A DNA stretch of 64,000 bases from assembly GCA_948434005.1 (NCBI GenBank), contig CAOJEH010000003.1, forward strand, positions 72,137 to 136,136, read 5' to 3'. The stretch is from an uncultured Mycoplasmatota bacterium (GTDB taxonomy: Bacteria > Bacillota_I > Bacilli_A > RF39 > UBA660). This document shows, piece by piece, positions 33,179-43,174 of the stretch. A program made the position numbers and the translations under genes. The notes under the pieces are model-generated. The model saw nothing but the letters and a program-made list of their open reading frames with translations, searched no databases and was not told where the DNA came from. The number at the start of each line of letters is the position of its first letter. The first letter of the stretch is position 1.

Positions 33179-33511
33179 TTATGGATTTTTTCTTTTTATA
33201 GAAATGATATCATCTATTTTTATTTTATCTCTATCAATTGTTAAAATATAACCATTTCTTTTTGCTATTAAACTAGTATTATAAATTTTATTATCTGTTT
33301 TTATAATAACTTTAGTATTAAATGCATATCCTGTAGTATTAAATATATTATCAATAATTTGATTAACTTCAATATTTGTCATTTCTTTTAATGACCTATT
33401 ACTATTTTCTTCTATATTACTGTTCTTTACGTGATAAGTAGTTTTATTATTATTAATTTTTTTATTGATATCATTTTGATATATTTTAGGTAGTTTTTTA
33501 ATAATAATCAC
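33179..33511 (-). CDS. Hypothetical protein
   Basis: 110-aa ORF with AAGGA RBS. Confidence 0.5.
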   Translation of the reverse strand: MIIIKKLPKIYQNDINKKINNNKTTYHVKNSNIEENSNRSLKEMTNIEVNQIIDNIFNTTGYAFNTKVIIKTDNKIYNTSLIAKRNGYILTIDRDKIKIDDIISIKRKNP

Positions 33512-33593
33512 ATCCTTTATATTATTTTATGATTATTGTATATAAAAATTGCATTTTTTTGGTATAATAACTATTAGACAGGGAGAGATAGAT

Positions 33594-34727
33594 ATGATGT
33601 TTAAAAACAAAAGAATTAATTTAGGAATTGTAATACCTATATTTATATTAGCAATAGTTAGTATTATTACTATATATAGTGCATCTTCTTATATTTCGCA
33701 GAGTATGGGAAATCTTGCCTTAAAACAAAGTATCTTATACTTTATTGGTATTATATTAGTAATCATATTAGTTAAGTTAAAGAATGAGTATTTATATAGT
33801 CATACCTGGTTTATATATATATTAGGTAATATATTATTACTTCTTTTGCTTTTATTTGCACCTGAAATTAATAATAGTAAGTGTTGGTTTGTTATACCTG
33901 GTCTTGGTAGTTTTCAACCTAGTGAATTTATGAAAATATTTTTAATGTTAACTCTAGCTACTATGATACATAATTTTAGATCTGAATATGAAGAACCTGA
34001 TATAAAACAAGAACTAATATTTATTATAAAAACATTTATTATATTACTAATACCTTCTATTCTTACTTTTTTACAACCTGATACTGGTTGTGTCATAATC
34101 TATTTTATAATCTATTTTGCTATGATGTTTGCATCAGGAATTAGAGCTCGCTGGTTTATTATTGCTTTTGCTATATTAGCTTCAATATTAGGTATTATAT
34201 TTTTAATATATTTTACTAATGATAAATTGTTTATTACTATATTTGGAAATAATTTATTTTATAGATTTGAAAGAATTTTTAATTGGTCTAGTGGTAGTGG
34301 ATTACAACTTGAAAATGCCAAAGCAGCGATAGGCTCTGCTGGATTATTTGGACATGGTTTTAATAAAACTCCTATATATTTTCCTGAAGCTGGAACTGAT
34401 TTTATCTTTGCTGTATTTGCATCTAATTTTGGATTATTTGGATCATTTCTACTTATATCATTAATAGTATTTTTTGATATACAAATAATACTACTTGCTT
34501 ATAAAAAGATTTTAGATACTGATAAATATATCCTTGTTGGTATAGTTTCTATGCTAGTTTTTCAACAAATTCAAAATATTGGAATGACTGTTGGACTTTT
34601 ACCAATTACAGGAATAACACTACCTTTTATTAGTTATGGTGGTAGTAGTCTACTTTCCTATATGATTATTATTGGAATACTTATAAATATTTCTATGGAA
34701 AAACCACATAAATATAGATATAAATAA
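33594..34727 (+). CDS. rodA: Rod shape-determining SEDS protein
   Basis: FQPSEFMK, LQPDTG, FPEAGTDFIF, PITGITLPFISYGGSS. Confidence 0.85.
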   Translation: MMFKNKRINLGIVIPIFILAIVSIITIYSASSYISQSMGNLALKQSILYFIGIILVIILVKLKNEYLYSHTWFIYILGNILLLLLLLFAPEINNSKCWFVIPGLGSFQPSEFMKIFLMLTLATMIHNFRSEYEEPDIKQELIFIIKTFIILLIPSILTFLQPDTGCVIIYFIIYFAMMFASGIRARWFIIAFAILASILGIIFLIYFTNDKLFITIFGNNLFYRFERIFNWSSGSGLQLENAKAAIGSAGLFGHGFNKTPIYFPEAGTDFIFAVFASNFGLFGSFLLISLIVFFDIQIILLAYKKILDTDKYILVGIVSMLVFQQIQNIGMTVGLLPITGITLPFISYGGSSLLSYMIIIGILINISMEKPHKYRYK

Positions 34728-34747
34728 AAAACTACGTAAAAGTAGTT

Positions 34748-35773
34748 TTATTTTAATGTTTCAATTATATATTTTAGCCTTTTGGCTATCACTTTTTGGT
34801 CTCTTTCTTTTGCTACTTTGTATGCTTCTTTAGTTAAGTCTTTTAATTCACCATTTAAAATAGATTTTATCTTTTTTTCAAACTCAGGCATACTCTTAGC
34901 TTTATAAACATTTACGCCATCTTTTAACCAATCACTAAATACAGGAATATCACGAATTAGAGCTTTAGTTTTACAAGAACAAGCTTCAACTATTGGGATA
35001 CCTTCTGTTTCTTCTTTTGTTAGATATAAATATAGATCACATCCACTTAAGGCAGCTTTAATCATTTCTCTTTCTGCATAACCTGCAAATATTAGATTAG
35101 GTAGTTTTGTCTTTACAGCTTTTCTTATCTTTCTTGGTGATGCTATTAATGGAGAATATCCAAACCAAATAAATTTATATTCTGGCATTTTTTTGGCTAA
35201 CTCTACAAAGTCTAGAATACCTTTTCTTTCTATATATAACCCTATCGAAATAATTACTTTTTCATCATCTTTTATATTATATTTATCCCTAAACATCTTA
35301 CCTAGTTTTTTATCTTTTTTTAAAAACTCTGTATTTATACCATTAGACAGTGCATATATCTTTTTATTTTCTAATCCCTTATAGCCTTCTAATAATCGTT
35401 TAGAATATGGTGTTGGTGTTAAAATTACATCTCCTAGAGAGTAACATCTAATTAATTGTTTTTTAACTATTTTAGATGTTTGATTAGCTAGTATAAAACC
35501 ATTTTTATAATCTTCTTCTGTTGAATGAGCATAATATATTACTTTTTTACCTAGCTTTTTAGCCTTTTTAGCAACAAAATAAGATTTTATAAACCAAGTA
35601 TTTATTAATAAAATATCATAGTCATCTTTTAAATTAGTTGTATACTCTATATTTTCGTAATCTAGAGATTGTTTTTGATGCTGTATAGCTTTACCTAAAC
35701 CACTCTTTCTATTTAATTTTTCATTTTCTGTATATAATAATACTTTCATATCATCACCTCTATATACTTCCAT
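34748..35773 (-). CDS. GT4 glycosyltransferase (glycolipid synthase-like)
   Basis: SGLGKA, HSTEEDY, ERKGILDF, EETEGIPIVEA. Confidence 0.85.
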   Translation of the reverse strand: MEVYRGDDMKVLLYTENEKLNRKSGLGKAIQHQKQSLDYENIEYTTNLKDDYDILLINTWFIKSYFVAKKAKKLGKKVIYYAHSTEEDYKNGFILANQTSKIVKKQLIRCYSLGDVILTPTPYSKRLLEGYKGLENKKIYALSNGINTEFLKKDKKLGKMFRDKYNIKDDEKVIISIGLYIERKGILDFVELAKKMPEYKFIWFGYSPLIASPRKIRKAVKTKLPNLIFAGYAEREMIKAALSGCDLYLYLTKEETEGIPIVEACSCKTKALIRDIPVFSDWLKDGVNVYKAKSMPEFEKKIKSILNGELKDLTKEAYKVAKERDQKVIAKRLKYIIETLK

Positions 35774-35781
35774 TTAATACT

Positions 35782-37461
35782 TTAACTTACCATATTAATA
35801 AAACTTTCAATACTTGTCGTTTTATAAATAGGATATCTTGGCACTAAATATTTATTATCGATTTGTCTAGCTTTTCTATTACCACCTATAAAAGCAACTC
35901 TAAATCCTGTTTCTTTAACTGCTTCTATAGCAGTATTATTATAAGAATAAAATGGATAACAAAAAGCTAAATTAGTGCCTAACTTTTGTTTTGATTTATT
36001 AAAATCATCTAATAATTGATCCTTATTTAGACAATGAATTTTATTTTTACCACAATCACCAGTTATATGAATATCGTCTCCATGAGATTCTACATCTAAA
36101 TATTTTGATTGATAATTACTTTTATCCCACCATGCAGTTATTAAAAATAATGTTGCATTCATTTTGTATTCTTCTAGTATTGGAATTAGCTTATTACCAT
36201 TTATTTTACTAGTACCCATCGCGCCATCGTCTACAGTTATTAAAACACTTTTTTCTGGTAATGTTATTTCACTATACATCCATTTTACAAATTCATCCAT
36301 AGTTAAAGTTTTATAGCCATTATTTTTTAAATAATCAAGTTGTTTTTTAAAACTAGATGTATCTAAGCAAATATTCTCATTACAATTTTCTCCTGCTGCT
36401 CCATCATAAAAGAAGTGATAATTTAATACTGCTACTCCTCCACCTTTAGATTTATTTGTAGGAATTTCTTTTTTTTCAACAACACTTTCTCCTGCTACCA
36501 TACGTTTAAAATCATCCATAGTAGTTTTATTTTTTATATTATATCTATTTATACTATTAGTTGTTTGTTTAGTATTTTTAGTATTATTATCATTAAACTT
36601 TAATTTTGTATCTTTAATATTTTGTATAGATAAACCAAACTCTTTATCTAAATCTTTTATATAGTCACTTGTACTAGTAGTTAATAAAATTGCATTAGGT
36701 TTTAGTTTAATATTTCCTTTTATCCATTCTTTATACTCATCTGCTGTAATAGTATAATAGTTTTTTTCTCTCAAATATTTAAAATTATCTTTTATAAAAG
36801 ATATATCAATACAATCCTCTTCATTACAAGTTTTACTATTTTTATCATATATTTTATTATAGTTAATAACGCTAATATAATCTGTTTCCCTATCCTTAGT
36901 ATTTTCTTTTTCTAATACTTTTATATCTTTCTTTTCTACTTGTAATAATCTATTTAAATAGTAAACATAATAGTATTTATCATCCATATATTCTATAGGT
37001 AATGATAGTTTTTTATTTAGAGAGATTGCTTTTTTATTATCTATATAAAAAGTAAGATTTTTTCCTTCTATAGTTTTATTAAATACAATATATTTATCAT
37101 TAAGTTTATCTTTTACTATCTTTTTTACTTTTTTTACTGAATCATAATATAAATAATAATCAGTATCTTTTATTTTAAAATAAGTATCATCAGTATCATC
37201 TATAGTTTTATTTTCTATATCAAATGTATAACCTTTATTTACTTTACCTATAACTTTTTTATTTTTACTATATATCTTTGTATTTTTAATTATCTCAACT
37301 TTTTTTCCATAATGACTTTTTATATCATTTATAAATTTATTTCTACTATAAATTAAATACACTATAAAACTTATAATAAAAACTGCTATTATACTAATAA
37401 TTATATATAACTTTTTATTTTTAAACTTACTATTCTCCTTTGACATATTAATCACCAACAA
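35782..37461 (-). CDS. Membrane-anchored polysaccharide deacetylase with a degenerate duplicated domain
   Basis: VLNYH, ITVDDG, ATLFLIT, ESHG, FCYPF in the C-terminal domain. Confidence 0.85.
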   Translation of the reverse strand: MLVINMSKENSKFKNKKLYIIISIIAVFIISFIVYLIYSRNKFINDIKSHYGKKVEIIKNTKIYSKNKKVIGKVNKGYTFDIENKTIDDTDDTYFKIKDTDYYLYYDSVKKVKKIVKDKLNDKYIVFNKTIEGKNLTFYIDNKKAISLNKKLSLPIEYMDDKYYYVYYLNRLLQVEKKDIKVLEKENTKDRETDYISVINYNKIYDKNSKTCNEEDCIDISFIKDNFKYLREKNYYTITADEYKEWIKGNIKLKPNAILLTTSTSDYIKDLDKEFGLSIQNIKDTKLKFNDNNTKNTKQTTNSINRYNIKNKTTMDDFKRMVAGESVVEKKEIPTNKSKGGGVAVLNYHFFYDGAAGENCNENICLDTSSFKKQLDYLKNNGYKTLTMDEFVKWMYSEITLPEKSVLITVDDGAMGTSKINGNKLIPILEEYKMNATLFLITAWWDKSNYQSKYLDVESHGDDIHITGDCGKNKIHCLNKDQLLDDFNKSKQKLGTNLAFCYPFYSYNNTAIEAVKETGFRVAFIGGNRKARQIDNKYLVPRYPIYKTTSIESFINMVS

Positions 37462-37471
37462 CTAATATCAT

Positions 37472-38257
37472 TTATTCTATATCAGTTATATCTCCTTCAT
37501 CATCTTCTATATCCGTATCGTTTTTATCATCTACAATTTCCTCTTTTTTTTCTTGTTTTTTACTTACTACTAAGATTACTACTTCATTATAATCTATTTT
37601 AGTTTTTCTATATGGAGATTGCTCTATAATAATATTTTCAGACTTTTCACTTTCTTTATACTCTATTTTATATCTTATATTGTTATGATTTAATTCATTT
37701 TTAGCTTCATCTAGAGTTTTACCTATAAGATTTGGCATAGTATATTTTTTTAAAATTCCTACTGTTAGTTTTATTTTAGTATTTTTTGATACTTTAGTTC
37801 CCATTTTCTTATTTTGTTTAATTACAATATTGTTTTCGTTTATATCATCTACTTCTTTTTCAACCTTTATAGCAAATAAATTAGATTTTAATAATTGTAA
37901 TTCTGCATCTTTATAACTAAGTCCTTCTACATTTGGAACTTCAATATTTAATTCTTGATTATAATAATAGTATCCTCCAAGAGCACAAGCACTTAATAAT
38001 ATTATGATAATCAATGTCATAATTAAAAGTAATAATTTTTGTCCAAAACTCATTTTTCTATCAGTCTTCTTGTTTTTATTATTTTTATTTTTTACTTTTA
38101 CCTTTTTTACTTTCTTTTTTACTTTTGTTTTAGTTTTAACTTTTTGTTTATCATTACTTTTTTTATTATCTTTATCATTATTATTTAAACTTTGTCCACA
38201 TTTTTTACAAAAAATTGAATCTTCATCATTTATAGTACTACAATATTTACATTTCAT
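37472..38257 (-). CDS. Zinc ribbon + TM + two PASTA domains
   Basis: CKYC...FCKKCG, Lys-rich linker, TM, VPNVEGLS and MPNLIGKT. Confidence 0.85.
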   Translation of the reverse strand: MKCKYCSTINDEDSIFCKKCGQSLNNNDKDNKKSNDKQKVKTKTKVKKKVKKVKVKNKNNKNKKTDRKMSFGQKLLLLIMTLIIIILLSACALGGYYYYNQELNIEVPNVEGLSYKDAELQLLKSNLFAIKVEKEVDDINENNIVIKQNKKMGTKVSKNTKIKLTVGILKKYTMPNLIGKTLDEAKNELNHNNIRYKIEYKESEKSENIIIEQSPYRKTKIDYNEVVILVVSKKQEKKEEIVDDKNDTDIEDDEGDITDIE

Positions 38258-38312
38258 TAATAATCATCTCTTTTCATTAAAATATTATGTATCGTTTCTT
38301 AAATTTTAGAAT

Positions 38313-39332
38313 CTAAATATCTAATTTATAAGCTTTATATCCAATTTTATCTAAAACTTTTTGTAATTCTTTTTGTTTTTCTTTACTTTCTACTAAAAAC
38401 TGAACTGCTCCATCACCATGAGAACCTACACCTTTAGCACCTAAAATTAGTTTTTTGACTTCTTTATCATTAATTATTTTATGAAGATTAACTTCTTTAA
38501 ACTCTTCTCCTAATACTGGAGTAATATTTTTATCAAATATTTTTTGCGATTCAGTCATTAATTTACCTAATCTTTTTACATAACCATTTTCTATATATTC
38601 TATAGCCTTTGTAATTGTTTGTTTATTATACTCACCAAAAGTCTTTTGAACTGCTTTATCTTTTAGTTCTTTTATATTGGGATATGACTCATTTAATATT
38701 TCTAAAATTTTTCTAGTATTTTTTTTCTTTATTATGCAAAACACAAAATATAATTTATTTTTAGGTTTTATCTCTTTTATATTTAATTCTTTATCAAATT
38801 CCATTTTGACAAGTTTTTTTCCTAAAGCACATATATGATCCATTTTACCACATTTAAAATTTGCACTTCTTTCTGATCCATATGAAATATTCATTATATC
38901 TTCTAGTTCTATTTTTAATTTATATAAGTTATTAAATGCCTTTACAACTAATACACATATGGCTGAAGATGATGATAGACCACTACCTATTGGCAAATCC
39001 ATATCTTCTATATTAATATCAATACCACTAACATTGTAATTATTTAGCATATATTTGGCAGTTTCAATAACACAACTTAAAAATTCATCTCTAAAATTAT
39101 ATTCTTTTAATTTTTTCAAATCCATTTCAAAACATATATTTTTATCATTAAATGAAAACTTAAACTTTTTACTTTTTTTTACTCTTGCATAAATTCCTTG
39201 ATTTATAGTTGCAACTAAGGCATATCCTTTTTCTATATTTTTATTGATACTTCTATATTCACTAGCCCAATCACTATGTTCACCAAATAAACATAGTCTT
39301 CCTGGAACAAATATTTTTACTTCCTTTGGCAT
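38313..39332 (-). CDS. GHMP-family kinase (galactokinase/mevalonate kinase-like)
   Basis: PGRLCLFGEHSD, PIGSGLSSSSA, CGKMD, GAKGVGS. Confidence 0.88.
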   Translation of the reverse strand: MPKEVKIFVPGRLCLFGEHSDWASEYRSINKNIEKGYALVATINQGIYARVKKSKKFKFSFNDKNICFEMDLKKLKEYNFRDEFLSCVIETAKYMLNNYNVSGIDINIEDMDLPIGSGLSSSSAICVLVVKAFNNLYKLKIELEDIMNISYGSERSANFKCGKMDHICALGKKLVKMEFDKELNIKEIKPKNKLYFVFCIIKKKNTRKILEILNESYPNIKELKDKAVQKTFGEYNKQTITKAIEYIENGYVKRLGKLMTESQKIFDKNITPVLGEEFKEVNLHKIINDKEVKKLILGAKGVGSHGDGAVQFLVESKEKQKELQKVLDKIGYKAYKLDI

Positions 39333-39436
39333 TATACATCATCCTCTTATAAAAATATTATACAATAAAAACTATATATAATCTATCTTTATTAAAAAAA
39401 ACTCAACATAGAATGTTGAGTAAAATATAGAATAGT

Positions 39437-40123
39437 CTACATTTTTTGAGTAAAATTATTTAAAAAATCACTTATAGGATTAAAATTATTTTCAACTTCA
39501 TTCATAAAGTTATTTACATTATTGTTATTATCAGAAACCATTTTATTGTCAATCATTTGTTGTTTAGGATTTAATTTTTCTTGATAGTAATCAAATAGTT
39601 CCTTAAATCGATTATAATGAACTACCTCACGTTGTCTTAACCAAAGTAGTGGTCCAATTACATCAGGATCATCAGTTAAATCAATTAGATTTTCATATAC
39701 AGCACGAGCTTTTTGTTCAGCTGCCATATCTTCTGAAATATCTGCAAGTGGATCACCTGTAGTAGCAAAATAAGTTACAGTAAATGGAACTCCATTAGCA
39801 TCAGTTGGATATAAGGCTTTATTATGTTCAGCATAATGGCTATCAAGCCCCGCAGCTTCTATTTCTTCTAAAGTAGCATCTTTCATTAATTGATATACCA
39901 TAGTAGAAATCATTTCAATATGCGCAAGTTCTTCTGTGCCAATATCTGTAAGTAGAGCTTTACCTTTATTATCAGGCATTGTATATCTTTGATTTAAATA
40001 ACGTAGAGCTGCTGCTAATTCTCCATTTGAACCACCATATTGAGTAACTAATAATTTAGCCATTCTTAAATCTTTCTTTTTAATATTTACAGGATACTGT
40101 AATCTTTTTTGATATGCCCACAT
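39437..40123 (-). CDS. cotJC: Manganese catalase-family spore coat protein
   Basis: MWAYQKRLQYPV, QYGG..GEL.AA.RY, DIGTEELAH, REVVH. Confidence 0.92.
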   Translation of the reverse strand: MWAYQKRLQYPVNIKKKDLRMAKLLVTQYGGSNGELAAALRYLNQRYTMPDNKGKALLTDIGTEELAHIEMISTMVYQLMKDATLEEIEAAGLDSHYAEHNKALYPTDANGVPFTVTYFATTGDPLADISEDMAAEQKARAVYENLIDLTDDPDVIGPLLWLRQREVVHYNRFKELFDYYQEKLNPKQQMIDNKMVSDNNNNVNNFMNEVENNFNPISDFLNNFTQKM

Positions 40124-40554
40124 TAGTTAGCTCCTCCTTCCCATGGCCATTCTTCTTTTTCCCATAAGAAACTAGATGATAAATCATCTGAAGAAACTGT
40201 TAATGGTCCATATTTCTTTTCATATTCCATCATTAAATTATTAGCCCTAACTCTATAATCATTAAATAAAGCAAGCATAGTAGCATCATCTGGATGAATA
40301 TCTAAATATAAGTTTAATTCATGAGCAGCAAAAGCATATCTAGATAATTCTAAGAATAATTTTCCTTTTTCTGTTCTTGATTTAAGAGTAGGTGGTTGAT
40401 AATTTTTATATGGTTGATATAAATTTGCAAATAAATTTCCTTTATCATATCCTTCTTGAGGAGTATAAAGGTTAGGTTGATTATTATTCATCATACTATT
40501 GGGTGTAGTATTTCTAACATAATCATTTTGTAGATAATTATTATAATTATACAT
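40123..40554 (-). CDS. cotJB: Spore coat protein CotJB with N-terminal CotJA-like segment
   Basis: FAAHELNLYLDIHP, YEKKYGPL, WPWE; N-terminal EGYDKGNLFANLYQPY. Confidence 0.85.
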   Translation of the reverse strand: MYNYNNYLQNDYVRNTTPNSMMNNNQPNLYTPQEGYDKGNLFANLYQPYKNYQPPTLKSRTEKGKLFLELSRYAFAAHELNLYLDIHPDDATMLALFNDYRVRANNLMMEYEKKYGPLTVSSDDLSSSFLWEKEEWPWEGGAN

Positions 40555-40593
40555 AAAATCCTCCTTCTTTGTAATTTATTCTTTTAGATAATT

Positions 40594-40601
40594 ATTGTAT
40601 G
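40594..40601 (-). promoter_or_regulatory. sigE-like -10 element of the cotJ operon
   Basis: CATACAAT on the minus strand; cotJ is sigE-dependent in B. subtilis; no clear -35. Confidence 0.45.
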
Positions 40602-40676
40602 GACAAATAACCATATCTTAAAAAATACTTGATTTTTTGAATAATTTATAATACACTATAATAGTCTTAAATAAAT

Positions 40677-40753
40677 GGCGTCATTGGTGAAGTGGTTAAC
40701 ACGCTAGTTTGTGGCACTAGTATGCAAGAGTTCGATCCTCTTATGACGCCCCA
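40677..40753 (+). tRNA. tRNA-His (GTG)
   Basis: GGCGTCAT/ATGACGCC acceptor including G-1, anticodon arm CTAGT-TTGTGGC-ACTAG, GTTCGAT T-loop, encoded CCA. Confidence 0.97.
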
Positions 40754-40775
40754 GATGTGAAATCTACTCGAACTT

Positions 40776-40823
40776 TTCGAGTTTGATAAAAAAAACTAAT
40801 CCAAAATGGATTAGTTTTTTTAT
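40776..40823 (+). terminator. tRNA-His terminator
   Basis: aaaaactaatcca-aaa-tggattagttttt hairpin. Confidence 0.8.
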
Positions 40824-41035
40824 TAAAAAACATTCTACTTTAAAAATAAAATTGAATTTATATGCGATTTTACTAATATTAAATCAACTATTTATTTACT
40901 AATTAAGGAATTGGTAAATCAAAAAAGTGTTTACATAACTAACTAAAATAGGATAATGAAGTTACCTTAGATTGTTGCAGGTGTATTTTATACACTTGGT
41001 AGTAGTATTCAAAAGGAAGAGTTTATCTCTTCCTT

Positions 41036-41686
41036 TTATTTTGCAATGTATTTCTTATTTATAGTTATAACAGGTCTAACCGGAAAGATATCACTACCTT
41101 TACCTATGCAAATTCTAGCAGGATTAGTATTATCCTTTGAACAAATTAAAATAGGATTACCATCTTCTATATAGCTTGTCAAAGTACTTGTATTGTACAA
41201 CCATTCTAAACCTTGTTTTTCTATTTTTATTCCTGGTATTATATTTGATAAACTTGTTAAAGTCATAATATCATCAATATCAAGTAATCTTATATTTGAA
41301 ATAGAAGTATCATCTATATTTAAATTATCTTGTAGTTGATTATAGTAAGTTTCTTCAAGATAGTTATCCATGTCTTTAATATTTATCTTTCCAATATCAT
41401 TATCACTTAATATAGTTACTTCATCTTCATTACTACCAGAATCATTGATTACATGCCAACTACTATTATCAGATAGTTTTATACTATCACCTGATTTATA
41501 TACTTTATATATTTTATTACTACTATCAACACTAGTATCTTCATTTATAATTTCTTCATTATTAGATTCTTTTTTTATATTATCTTTAGAAGTTAACTTT
41601 AAACTAAATGAAAAAACACCTATTCCTAATATAAAAAGTAATAAAACAACTATAATAGTTAAATTTGTACTATTAGAATCATCCAT
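41036..41686 (-). CDS. Membrane-anchored extracellular protein (DUF6273-like)
   Basis: N-terminal TM; WHVI, IRLLDIDDI, VRPVITI motifs shared with 51807..53093. Confidence 0.6.
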   Translation of the reverse strand: MDDSNSTNLTIIVVLLLFILGIGVFSFSLKLTSKDNIKKESNNEEIINEDTSVDSSNKIYKVYKSGDSIKLSDNSSWHVINDSGSNEDEVTILSDNDIGKINIKDMDNYLEETYYNQLQDNLNIDDTSISNIRLLDIDDIMTLTSLSNIIPGIKIEKQGLEWLYNTSTLTSYIEDGNPILICSKDNTNPARICIGKGSDIFPVRPVITINKKYIAK

Positions 41687-41753
41687 ATTCTCAACTCCTA
41701 TTTATATTAATATGATAGCACAAAAAATAAAAAATAGTAAATAAATTACTATT

Positions 41754-43136
41754 TTAAAAATCACAATTTCCCGGAGTCCTTGGATAAGGTATTACATCTC
41801 TTATGTTCTCAACACCTGTTAAATAAATAAGTAATCTTTCAAATCCCATTCCAAATCCTGAATGAACACATCCTCCGAATTTACGAAGATTTACATACCA
41901 ATCAAGTTCTTCTTTATCCATACCCATATCATCCATACGTTTAATTAGTTTATCATAATCCTCTTCTCTTTGAGAACCACCCATTATTTCTCCAGCACCT
42001 GGCACCTCTAGGTCAACTGCTGCGACTGTTTCATTATCTTTATTAAGTTTCATATAGAATGCTTTTATATCTTTAGGCCAATCTGTTATGAATACTGGAC
42101 CATCAAAGTATTCTGTAATATATTTTTCATGTTCTTTTGCAATATCTTCTCCTTGAATTGGTTCAAATTCCCATTTAACATCTGCTTTTTGTAAAATATC
42201 TATAGTTTCTTTATGAGTTATTCGTGTAAACTTAGAATTTACTAATTTTTCTAATTTATCTATAAGACCTTTTTCAACAAAGCTATCTAAAAACTTCATC
42301 TCATCTTTGCAGTTATCTAACACATATGATACAACATATTTTAACATTTCTTCCATTATTTCCATATCGCCTTCTAAATCACAGAATGCTATTTCTGGCT
42401 CTATCATCCAAAACTCGTTAGCATGAACTTTAGTGTTTGAATTTTCAGCTCTGAATGTTGGGCCAAATGTATAAGTCTTTTTATAAGCTAGAGCAAAAGT
42501 TTCTGCTTCTAGTTGTCCTGATACAGTAAGAGAAGATGCTGTTTGAAACATATCTTTATTATAATCTACCTCTTTATCTTTTATTGGTATTTTATCAAGA
42601 TCAAAGCATGTAACATGAAACATTTCTCCTGCTCCTTCACAGTCACTAGCTGTTATTATTGGAGCATGAAAATATACGTATCCTCTATCTTGAAAATATT
42701 TATGTATTGCATATGCTGCTACACTTCTTACTCTAAATACTGCTTGAAATAAGTTAGTTCTTGGTCGAAGATAGGCTTGCTCTCTTAAAAACTCCCTTGA
42801 ATGTTTTTTTGGTTGAATTGGGTAATCTTCTGGACAATCACCTAATAATTTTATTTCACTTGCTTGAAGCTCAAAATCTTGATTCTCTTTAGGAGAAGCT
42901 ACTACCAAACCTTTAACTTCTATTGCAGAACCTATATGATATTTTTGAATCTCTAAAAAATCTGCTAACTTATTATCATAAACTACTTGGATATGATTAA
43001 AACATGTGCCATCAGAAAAATCAATAAATCCAAATTCTTTTTGTTTACGATGATTTCTAATCCATCCTTCTATAGTTACTTCTTTATTCATATATTTATC
43101 TATTTCTTTATATAATTCTTTTCCATCTATTGCCAT
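41754..43136 (-). CDS. asnS: Asparagine--tRNA ligase
   Basis: LTVSGQL, FGPTFRAENS, EFWMIEPE, GFGMGFER. Confidence 0.97.
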   Translation of the reverse strand: MAIDGKELYKEIDKYMNKEVTIEGWIRNHRKQKEFGFIDFSDGTCFNHIQVVYDNKLADFLEIQKYHIGSAIEVKGLVVASPKENQDFELQASEIKLLGDCPEDYPIQPKKHSREFLREQAYLRPRTNLFQAVFRVRSVAAYAIHKYFQDRGYVYFHAPIITASDCEGAGEMFHVTCFDLDKIPIKDKEVDYNKDMFQTASSLTVSGQLEAETFALAYKKTYTFGPTFRAENSNTKVHANEFWMIEPEIAFCDLEGDMEIMEEMLKYVVSYVLDNCKDEMKFLDSFVEKGLIDKLEKLVNSKFTRITHKETIDILQKADVKWEFEPIQGEDIAKEHEKYITEYFDGPVFITDWPKDIKAFYMKLNKDNETVAAVDLEVPGAGEIMGGSQREEDYDKLIKRMDDMGMDKEELDWYVNLRKFGGCVHSGFGMGFERLLIYLTGVENIRDVIPYPRTPGNCDF

Positions 43137-43174
43137 ATTTATTCCTCCTTTTTTATTACATATGGTATATAATA

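Noticed and set aside
40960..41020. IVAGVFYTLG peptide resembling a hemolysin-III remnant
   Set aside because: Only about 10 codons, no start or RBS, preceded by a stop; could be chance.
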